DNA of 64,000 bases from a virus. Each line of letters opens with the position of its first letter. Within the stretch, counting starts at the first letter, position 1. Positions 56,449-64,000 of this stretch are shown piece after piece. The notes below the pieces were generated by a model. The model saw only the letters and a list, made by a program, of their open reading frames with translations. It made no database searches and had not been told where the DNA came from. The DNA lies in IMG/VR virus record IMGVR_UViG_3300044716_000973, positions 1 to 64,000 of that record. One strand, 5' to 3'. Position numbers and translations under genes: made by a program.

Positions 56449-56709
56449 ATGGCTCTCAAAGCTAGAATTGTACAGAATTCTCAGATGGTTGCAAGAGTTA
56501 CCACATCAGGTGACTCTCTTGCATCATCTAAACCAGTAACTCTTAAGAATCAAATTAACGAAATTCGTAGCATTGAAGATTTTGGCGATGTTGACGAGGT
56601 GAATGTAACATCCGGTGCTACTTTAGTGTATAATTCCACAAGTGATAAATATGAAGTAAGACCGCTCGAAATCGGAGACCTCGGTAATATCGACGGAGGC
56701 ACATTTTAA
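56449..56709 (+). CDS. Small fibre-associated protein ending DGGTF
   Basis: DVDEVNVTSGATLVYN...K repeat unit; C-terminal DGGTF. Confidence 0.75.
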   Translation: MALKARIVQNSQMVARVTTSGDSLASSKPVTLKNQINEIRSIEDFGDVDEVNVTSGATLVYNSTSDKYEVRPLEIGDLGNIDGGTF

Positions 56710-56727
56710 ACTTGTTGAGGAACAATA

Positions 56728-58149
56728 ATGGCTAACCAAATTCAGATCAAAAGATCTTTAAATACTGCCACTCCTCCGTCATTAGCTAATGGTGAACTGG
56801 CTTTTACTGCAAACGGCGATCATCTCTTTATCGGGTCGAACGGCGCGTCTATCACCATTGGTGGTAAATTTAATCCTGGTGTTCTCACCGCAAATCAAGC
56901 TCTTGTTGCCAATGGCACTGGATATCTTGATGCAGTAAAAGCAGATGCTCTTACTGTGCGTACGATTACTGCAAATGGTACAGCAACTCCTGGTGCTGGA
57001 TATCTTCTTTCTGTAGATTCTGGTGGTAATACCTACTGGCTAGATCAGGGTGCAGTTTCAATTAACGTTGCTGCAGTGTATGCGTGGACAAACACACATA
57101 CATTCTCTATTAGTACCTCCAGCTCAAACACATCTACCGGTGCAGTTGTAATCACTGGCGGTTTAGGTGTTGGTGGCAAAATCCATACTAACGATTTTTC
57201 TGTTGGTAACTCTACAGTTAATTCTAGTCTGAGTGCTACAACACTTACTGTTGCAAACGTTTCTGCGTCTTTTGCAGTCAATGCCGCAGTCATTTCTGCC
57301 GGCAGTGGTGCTTTTATTGCCAATGCAAGTCAAATAACGCTTGCTGGCGGCGTAGGCATCTCTGCCAACGGTGGAATAGGCTCGGCTGGACAGGTTCTTC
57401 ACTCTAATGGTTCTTCTGTATACTGGTCAAACACAGTAGCAGATATTACTGCAGTAACCGCAGGTGATGGTCTTACCGGTGGTGGAACAACTGGCGACGT
57501 TACTCTAAACGTTGTTGGTTCGAACAGTATTAGCGTTGCTGCTGACTCGATCAGTGTTCCAACTGGTTCTACACTTACAGTCAACTCGACTGGTGTGCAT
57601 GTTAATAATGCTCTGTCGATTTCAGATCTTGTTCTTTCTGGCAACCTAACAGTTTCCGGTACGCTTACCACGATTGATACAAACAACCTTACAATTGAAG
57701 ATCCTATGATTAAGGTTGCTAACGGCAACGGTACAGATACCGTCGACGTTGGTTTCTATGGTATGTTCACAAATGGCGGAACCCGTTATACCGGTCTTGT
57801 TCGTGATGCAACAGACGGTGTTTATAAGCTCTTTACCGGTCTTGAATCTGAACCAACAACAACTGTTAATACGGCGGGTGTTGGCTATGGTCTTGCAGCA
57901 CTGGAAACTTATCTTTATTCCGGCGCTCTTGTATCACTTGGCAATACCTTTAGCATCACTGCAAATAGTGTTATTCCAGTACATATTTCTGCTAACACAC
58001 TTAAGCTATCGACTTTGACATCAGGTGGCATTCTTGTTGGTAACTCAACAAATGGTATGACTAACCTCGCAGTTGGTACAGACGGATACGTGTTACAGTC
58101 AAACGGCACATCTGTTGTTTATGGTACACTTGATGGAGGCACGTTCTAA
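56728..58149 (+). CDS. Tail fibre-like protein
   Basis: N-terminal IQIKRS...LANGELA, GNLTVSGT.TTI, C-terminal DGGTF. Confidence 0.8.
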   Translation: MANQIQIKRSLNTATPPSLANGELAFTANGDHLFIGSNGASITIGGKFNPGVLTANQALVANGTGYLDAVKADALTVRTITANGTATPGAGYLLSVDSGGNTYWLDQGAVSINVAAVYAWTNTHTFSISTSSSNTSTGAVVITGGLGVGGKIHTNDFSVGNSTVNSSLSATTLTVANVSASFAVNAAVISAGSGAFIANASQITLAGGVGISANGGIGSAGQVLHSNGSSVYWSNTVADITAVTAGDGLTGGGTTGDVTLNVVGSNSISVAADSISVPTGSTLTVNSTGVHVNNALSISDLVLSGNLTVSGTLTTIDTNNLTIEDPMIKVANGNGTDTVDVGFYGMFTNGGTRYTGLVRDATDGVYKLFTGLESEPTTTVNTAGVGYGLAALETYLYSGALVSLGNTFSITANSVIPVHISANTLKLSTLTSGGILVGNSTNGMTNLAVGTDGYVLQSNGTSVVYGTLDGGTF

Positions 58150-58152
58150 TTT

Positions 58153-58356
58153 ATGGAAGCCGAATTTGTTAATGAGTATATCAATCGCCTGACTGTAAAT
58201 TTACACGATTCCGTAAGTAAGAATGTTTTACATGAAGCAAGGCTGGCGCTGCTCGAAAAGAGTTACGCCAGCCTTCAAGTAGAACATCAACAGGCTCTTC
58301 TCGAACTCGAGAAGTTAAAGAAGAAAACTAAACCTTCGGAATCTCTACAACCATAG
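58153..58356 (+). CDS. Small coiled-coil protein
   Basis: 67-aa helical ORF; 3' end overlaps the convergent glycosyltransferase gene. Confidence 0.65.
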   Translation: MEAEFVNEYINRLTVNLHDSVSKNVLHEARLALLEKSYASLQVEHQQALLELEKLKKKTKPSESLQP

Positions 58357-58927
58357 TTGTAGAGCCAATGTGACCACAACGAATTGATGGGTCACACCAT
58401 AACCTAAAGCCTTTAGTAATTGCTTTTTTGCAAAAATCAGTGTCTTCGCTGATCGTATTGCTGTGATCGAGAGCAGGATGATATTCGAACTGTGGATAAC
58501 CTACGCCTGCTAATACTTCTTTCTTGACAAGCACACAGCCAAAGCCACAACCACCAATGCCAACTAGATTCCAGTCCTTTGCATAGAGGTCTTCAGTTGT
58601 CATACGTGTACCAAACGGTTCGTAGATTTCAAGCATTTGTAGTTCGAGTCTTTGACGATACACACCAGAAACCAGATCTTTATCGTGAGCAAGAAGCTTC
58701 TTTAATGTATCCGGTGGAAACGTAATGTCATGATCGACTGAGAACAAATAATCAAATCCGCGTACAACCCAGTCTGCAATCAGGTTACGAACCTGATCCA
58801 CTCGGTATCCATAGAAGTATTGAAAGGTTGTTTCATATCCTTCAGGAACTTCCAGGTCATAGATGGATTTGAATGTATCTGCTTCAATATAACGAGCAGT
58901 TGGTATGGCAATTAAGATTTTTTTCAT
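58328..58927 (-). CDS. GT-A fold glycosyltransferase (GT2-like)
   Basis: ILIAIP, RNLIA, LFSVDHD (DxD), GFGCVLV, SEDTDFC, CGHIG. Confidence 0.88.
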   Translation of the reverse strand: MKKILIAIPTARYIEADTFKSIYDLEVPEGYETTFQYFYGYRVDQVRNLIADWVVRGFDYLFSVDHDITFPPDTLKKLLAHDKDLVSGVYRQRLELQMLEIYEPFGTRMTTEDLYAKDWNLVGIGGCGFGCVLVKKEVLAGVGYPQFEYHPALDHSNTISEDTDFCKKAITKGFRLWCDPSIRCGHIGSTTMVVEIPKV

Positions 58928-60963
58928 AACGGTCTCAGATCAATCTGTCCTGGAAAGAATGGCGAATTATTCAATACTTTTGCAGCGGTCTTGTTCTGTT
59001 CTTCTGCATGTACTTTGTAGTCGTTGATTGGATTCAAATCATTATAGTTAACTACAATATCTGTTACGCATACAACCTTGTTCGGATCTGCTCGTTCAAT
59101 TAGATAATAGAACAATGAAGTATCACCACCTGCTCTTGGCCATTTTCCATCAATCTGTAAATCTTCTTTCGTCAAGTTTTTAACTAGCGAAGATTTAAAC
59201 GTACGCAGATGCGTGTACGGCATGTTCCAATTAAATCTGTACGAACGATAGAATTTGTTTGCCTTAATTTCAGGTGGATATTCCTGAGCAATCAATGGAA
59301 TGTTATCGGCCATAGACCAACATGATCCGTATGTAAACTCTGCACCTTCATGATAGAGGTTATTGTACATGTGAAAGATAGTCGGATCGTTGACAAGTGA
59401 ATCATCACCATCAAGAAGCATGATATACTGTTCTGTTATCAATTGCTTGATCGTATCATAGTGATTTGCAACAGCGCCAAGATTCTCTTCATTTTGTAAA
59501 ACAGTAAAGTGCCAACGTTGCGATGGTGTAAGCGAGTTGATGGTTTCCTTGGCGACCTTCACTGTATTATCTGTTGAGTAATCATCAATAATATACATGT
59601 GATAGTCAGTATAGTCTTGTGCGGCTACAGATCGAATACACCTTTCGATGTATGCTTCAGCATTATATACAGGTGTAATAATAGCTATAGATTTTTCATC
59701 TGAGATCTTAACTGGTTGGAGTTCCTCTGCATTCAAGAACCGACGGTTGAATACTTTACGAACCTTATGGTTAATCTTTGTAACCTTACGATACTCATCA
59801 ACAGGTAAGTATTCACCAAGTTTCTTATACAGATGTTGCTTCCATTGAAGAGCAACCGTATCCCAAGTACAAATATCTTTCACCTGGTTGCAAGCATACA
59901 TCTTCTGCTGGCGCAGATAAGGATTATTATATGCTTCTACGACTTTGTCAACAAATAAATTCACCTGATGTTCTTGGTTCAGCCAGTGCATTGCCCAGTT
60001 TGGTTCAACAGGATACTTAATCTTCCATGATGCTAGATCGATTGCTGTCTCTTCGAGGGCACCAAACTGACATGTAATGAGTGGCACATTATGAGCCAAT
60101 GCTTCAAGAGTTGAGATACCGAATGTCTCTGGAAAACCTACAGGGTAAATCATATAGGAAGCTTTGCGTAGGATATCAGAGATCTCTTGCTGAGTAATTA
60201 CTCCGGTGAACTCAATGCTGTGCCCATGATGCAGCATAAGTTCAGTCCAGTCCTTCTGCTGCTGGTCTGGTTCTGCCGCTTCACGGAACTTATAGTAGCC
60301 ACCGACGATCTTAAGTTTTGCATCTGGAATACGGCGCTTCACCTCTGGCCAGATCTGTTTGACAAGAGGTATCATTCCCTTGGTCACAGATGCATTGAAG
60401 ACAAAAAGGTTCGGATCTTTCTCACGAATATCAATCCAACCTGGATTCATATTGCCAATACCGTTACGAGTCAGGAAGATGTGATTCTTTAGAACATCAT
60501 AGTTACGACGGAATCCATGATCGCAATGAGTGACATAACCTGTATGCCAGTCAGAGAGTGTAAAGATCTCTTGGAGCTTGCCAATGTTAATGAGATACTC
60601 GATCTGATCGTCGCCCTCACAGAAGGTATCATGCATCCAAAGACAAACGTGTTTAGAATTGGCTATAATTGGCCAGTCTTCTGCAATGGGTTTTACGGAC
60701 CGAGATACGATACAGACATCATATGTTTTACGGTTTGACTTGGGTCCATCGCCAGCTACAGGGCGATAATTAACACCATTATACAATCCCCCGCGCGAGT
60801 CATCCGAAACACAATCATTAAAGACTGTAACATCAAAGCCTATTTTGGCAAGTTCTTCTGACATGCGAATCACGGCCGATTCAGATCCTCCAAGTCCTCT
60901 CTTTGAGAGAGTGGATCCGTCATAGGTCAGGCCGAGTGTATCTATAAAAGCAATCTTCATCAT
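58924..60963 (-). CDS. Bifunctional glycosyltransferase: GT4-like N-terminal domain fused to a GT2-like domain
   Basis: GLGGSE, WMHD, PETFGISTLEA; then IITPVYNAE, IDDYSTD, LDGDD, THLRTF. Confidence 0.9.
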   Translation of the reverse strand: MMKIAFIDTLGLTYDGSTLSKRGLGGSESAVIRMSEELAKIGFDVTVFNDCVSDDSRGGLYNGVNYRPVAGDGPKSNRKTYDVCIVSRSVKPIAEDWPIIANSKHVCLWMHDTFCEGDDQIEYLINIGKLQEIFTLSDWHTGYVTHCDHGFRRNYDVLKNHIFLTRNGIGNMNPGWIDIREKDPNLFVFNASVTKGMIPLVKQIWPEVKRRIPDAKLKIVGGYYKFREAAEPDQQQKDWTELMLHHGHSIEFTGVITQQEISDILRKASYMIYPVGFPETFGISTLEALAHNVPLITCQFGALEETAIDLASWKIKYPVEPNWAMHWLNQEHQVNLFVDKVVEAYNNPYLRQQKMYACNQVKDICTWDTVALQWKQHLYKKLGEYLPVDEYRKVTKINHKVRKVFNRRFLNAEELQPVKISDEKSIAIITPVYNAEAYIERCIRSVAAQDYTDYHMYIIDDYSTDNTVKVAKETINSLTPSQRWHFTVLQNEENLGAVANHYDTIKQLITEQYIMLLDGDDSLVNDPTIFHMYNNLYHEGAEFTYGSCWSMADNIPLIAQEYPPEIKANKFYRSYRFNWNMPYTHLRTFKSSLVKNLTKEDLQIDGKWPRAGGDTSLFYYLIERADPNKVVCVTDIVVNYNDLNPINDYKVHAEEQNKTAAKVLNNSPFFPGQIDLRPL

Positions 60964-60969
60964 AGTTCC

Positions 60970-60998
60970 ATTATAAATAAAAACAATAATACTGTCAA
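60970..60998 (-). promoter_or_regulatory. Perfect-consensus sigma70 promoter for the glycosyltransferase pair
   Basis: Minus strand TTGACA (60998-60993)-N17-TATAAT (60975-60970). Confidence 0.85.
60972..60979 (+). promoter_or_regulatory. T4-type late promoter TATAAATA
   Basis: Upstream of the fibre gene starting at 61044. Confidence 0.7.
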
Positions 60999-61043
60999 CT
61001 AAATAGTTGGCTTACAAGATATATATCTGCTTTGGGGAGCCAT

Positions 61044-64000
61044 ATGGCAAACAATAAGATTCAATTTAAGCGTACGACTATTTCTGGCCGTACACCAAAC
61101 ACCACGAACTCTGGCAACACATCTTATATTGATGCTGGCGAGTTTGCAGTTAATCTTACTGACCATAAAGTCTACTCCTCAAACGGATCTGTTGCATTTG
61201 AAGTTGGTGCAAATCTAGCCTCGTTGAATGTTGGTGGTAATGTTACAATTGGTGGTAACCTGAGTGTAACTGGTACAACAATCAGTATCTCAGGCAATAA
61301 CCTGTCTATTACTGACAATATGCTTTATATGAACCAAGGCATTCTTGCTACGGTTACGAATGCTACTGGTAATGGCTCTACTGTTACGTTTGTTGCAAAC
61401 AACAACTTCTCTGCAGGATGGGACGTATTTGTTTCTGGCATTTCGCCAAGTTCTTTTAACGGAACTTACAACAATATTCTATTTGCTAATGCTACTCACT
61501 TTACTGTTTCAAATACAAACGTAGATTCATACAGTTCAGGTGGTTCTGCTCGTGGTAAGACCGACTCGAATCCTGATATTGGTTTCTCGGCAGGATATAA
61601 CGACGGAACATATCATCATACCGGATTCTTTCGTGATGCAACTGATGGTCGATACAAAGTCTTTGATAGCTATCTTCCAGAGCCAGACACTTCACCATTC
61701 ATTGATACAGCAAATGCTAGCTTTAAGATTGCCGATTTCCAGGCAAATACTCTTTATGCAAATTCAATTTATGCCAATGGATCTCTAGGTACTGCAGGCC
61801 AAGCGCTTGTTTCAGACGGAACTTCAGTATACTGGTCAAACAATCCAGGTTATACTGGTTCGACAGGAGCTACTGGAGCACAAGGTGCTCAGGGTGCACA
61901 AGGACCAGCAGGAGCTCAGGGACCAACCGGCGCACAAGGTCCTACTGGAGCACAAGGCGCTCAGGGTGCACAAGGTGCTATAGGTTTTACCGGTTCTGCT
62001 TCTACAGTCGCTGGTCCAACAGGTCCACAAGGAATAACTGGTCCACAAGGTGCAACTGGACCACAAGGACCTCAGGGCGTTATTGGTTTCACTGGTTCTG
62101 CTCTTATGGGAGCAATCAACTATGTTCAAAACACAGCTCCAAAAGCTTTTGCAAATACAACTGATTCATTCCCAAAAGCACTTGTATCTGTCACTATCAC
62201 AACCAGTGGTGCACCGGTACAAATTGGTGCATACGGAGATGCAGAAAACAAATCAGTTGGTGGATGGGGCAAATTGCAACTCTATCGCGGATCAACACCT
62301 ATTAGTGGTAACGTTCACTATGAAGGATCAGCCGGAAGCGAAAACAGTCCATTTGCATTTACACATATCGACAATCCTGCCGCTGGAACGTATACCTATT
62401 ATCTCTATTGTACAGAAATAGCCGGTGGTAATACACATTTTGGTGAAACATCTGGTCCTGTTCTGAATGCTATCGAACTTCAGAACGTTAAAGGTGCACA
62501 AGGACCTACAGGCACACAAGGTCCTACTGGTCCACAGGGTGCAACTGGTCCTCAAGGTGTGCAGGGTGTAACTGGTGATCAAGGTCCTACAGGTACTCAA
62601 GGACCTACCGGACCACAGGGAGCAATTGGCTTCACTGGATCTGCTGGTAATACTGGTGCACAGGGCCCACAAGGAGCTACTGGTGCTCAAGGACCTCAAG
62701 GACTTACTGGCCCACAAGGAGCAACTGGTGATCAAGGTCCTCAGGGAGCGACTGGACCACAAGGTGCTCAAGGACTTACTGGCCCACAAGGTGCCACTGG
62801 TCCTCAAGGAGCACAAGGAGTTACCGGTGCTCAAGGTGCGCAGGGTCCTGCGGGAGCACAAGGTCCACAGGGCGCAACAGGTCCACAGGGTGTAATAGGA
62901 CCAATGGGACCAACCGGACCGCAAGGTGCTACTGGTCCACAAGGAGCTACAGGTCCACAGGGAGCGATTGGCTTCACTGGATCTGCTGGTATTCCTGGTG
63001 CACAGGGACCTCAAGGTGCTACTGGTCCACAAGGACCTACTGGTCCACAGGGTGCTCAAGGTCCAATTGGTTATACCGGATCGTGGGGTGGAACTGCTCA
63101 AGCTAATGTGAATATGAATGGTTATAGCATTACAAATGCTAATACCATTGTTGCAACAAGCACATCAATTATGGGAGCGCACCGCAAATATTATCTTGGA
63201 GCATTGGGTGCTGCTGGTACACAAGCTAGACGCCATGAAATTGCCAGACTTTATATTGATTTTAATGACTGGCATGGGGCTGGTACTACATTTGTAGAAA
63301 TCCACAATAACTACTATTACGGCGGTGATTATCAGCGCTGGTCAATTTCCTATGATTATAATAACGTACACTGTTATCTTATAGCAGGTGCATCTCCTCG
63401 CGGAAGACATGCACAGGTTGCTTGCAGTTCTCCAGTTCAAGTGTCTGGTGATTTTTATTATATTTCTGTTTATGTTGATGTGATGTATTACACTACATAC
63501 CAAACTTATATTGAAACCAGCTGGCCAGAAGTTACTTCTCATGGTGCACATGGCGGTAACATACTTGTATATCAATCACCATCTGCAACAAACATTTCTG
63601 ATTTTACAGCTCCTACAATTGTTTACACAAACAATTCTTTGCAAAGTGGGGCAGATGTTCGTGCGCCTGTTTTCTATGATAGCGATGACACTGCTTATTA
63701 CTCTAATATGGCGGGTGGTTCAAATCTTTATACTACAAAATTCAACACTGCAACTAACGGAGCAGCTGGACGTACAGTAGTTATTAAAGACGCGACACAA
63801 AGCGAGATACTTTTTGGAAATTATCCAGGAGGTTGGACATCTGCGCTTCAAATTCAAAACAATGATAACTCTGACTTTGTTTGGATTAGTCCGTTAGATG
63901 TTAACAACAATGCTAGAATTAGAACTGGTGGCTGTGGCCTTGATTTCTATACAGATGGTACCAACGATACCGGAACGTATTCGTTATTTGTTGGAAGCGG
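61044..64000 (+). CDS. Long collagen-containing tail fibre protein (runs off the window; absent from the ORF track)
   Basis: GGGGAG Shine-Dalgarno, [12 protein letters not shown]...[10 protein letters not shown]; in-frame Gly-X-Y tracts at ~61848-62100 and ~62493-63080 separated by a globular domain. Confidence 0.9.
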   Translation, partial: MANNKIQFKRTTISGRTPNTTNSGNTSYIDAGEFAVNLTDHKVYSSNGSVAFEVGANLASLNVGGNVTIGGNLSVTGTTISISGNNLSITDNMLYMNQGILATVTNATGNGSTVTFVANNNFSAGWDVFVSGISPSSFNGTYNNILFANATHFTVSNTNVDSYSSGGSARGKTDSNPDIGFSAGYNDGTYHHTGFFRDATDGRYKVFDSYLPEPDTSPFIDTANASFKIADFQANTLYANSIYANGSLGTAGQALVSDGTSVYWSNNPGYTGSTGATGAQGAQGAQGPAGAQGPTGAQGPTGAQGAQGAQGAIGFTGSASTVAGPTGPQGITGPQGATGPQGPQGVIGFTGSALMGAINYVQNTAPKAFANTTDSFPKALVSVTITTSGAPVQIGAYGDAENKSVGGWGKLQLYRGSTPISGNVHYEGSAGSENSPFAFTHIDNPAAGTYTYYLYCTEIAGGNTHFGETSGPVLNAIELQNVKGAQGPTGTQGPTGPQGATGPQGVQGVTGDQGPTGTQGPTGPQGAIGFTGSAGNTGAQGPQGATGAQGPQGLTGPQGATGDQGPQGATGPQGAQGLTGPQGATGPQGAQGVTGAQGAQGPAGAQGPQGATGPQGVIGPMGPTGPQGATGPQGATGPQGAIGFTGSAGIPGAQGPQGATGPQGPTGPQGAQGPIGYTGSWGGTAQANVNMNGYSITNANTIVATSTSIMGAHRKYYLGALGAAGTQARRHEIARLYIDFNDWHGAGTTFVEIHNNYYYGGDYQRWSISYDYNNVHCYLIAGASPRGRHAQVACSSPVQVSGDFYYISVYVDVMYYTTYQTYIETSWPEVTSHGAHGGNILVYQSPSATNISDFTAPTIVYTNNSLQSGADVRAPVFYDSDDTAYYSNMAGGSNLYTTKFNTATNGAAGRTVVIKDATQSEILFGNYPGGWTSALQIQNNDNSDFVWISPLDVNNNARIRTGGCGLDFYTDGTNDTGTYSLFVGS

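Noticed and set aside
51918-64000. Diversity-generating retroelement or invertible fibre cassette
   Set aside because: No reverse transcriptase, recombinase or template/variable repeat pair was seen.

Overview
A 64 kb segment of a large T4-like (T4 superfamily) myophage genome. It probably infects an alphaproteobacterium, because it encodes a circularly permuted two-piece tmRNA with the alphaproteobacterial GGCAGUA T-loop and an ANDN...LAA tag. Bases 1-22.7 kb (+) hold nucleotide metabolism and replication genes (thyX, nrdA/nrdB, glutaredoxin, rnh, phoH, exonuclease, gp33, gp59, gp32), a heptose-synthesis/glycosyltransferase operon, a SpeD-family decarboxylase, an early accessory region with repeated promoter cassettes, and a non-coding island (tmRNA plus a second, unexplained, densely structured RNA). 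Bases 22.7-29.1 kb (-) hold gp4, gp2, a tail-tube-like gene, gp26/gp51 and two paralogous tape-measure-like proteins with cell-wall hydrolase domains. Bases 29.1-64 kb (+) hold the baseplate (gp48, gp53, hub, gp5, gp25, gp6, gp7, gp8), VrlC-like proteins and beta-helical and collagen-like fibres, with two inverted glycosyltransferases inserted among the fibre genes. Best leads: (1) the permuted tmRNA with a long structured intervening segment; (2) a ~255-nt kissing-loop-rich RNA behind a promoter of the same design; (3) a U-UUU-UUU -1 frameshift that would fuse gp26 to gp51, like lambda G/GT; (4) split ssrA-like degrons (ANDN plus C-terminal xAA) in both tape-measure-like proteins; (5) a candidate heptose-based glycosylation system. 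All family calls come from motif recognition and synteny by eye; no searches or folding programs were run.
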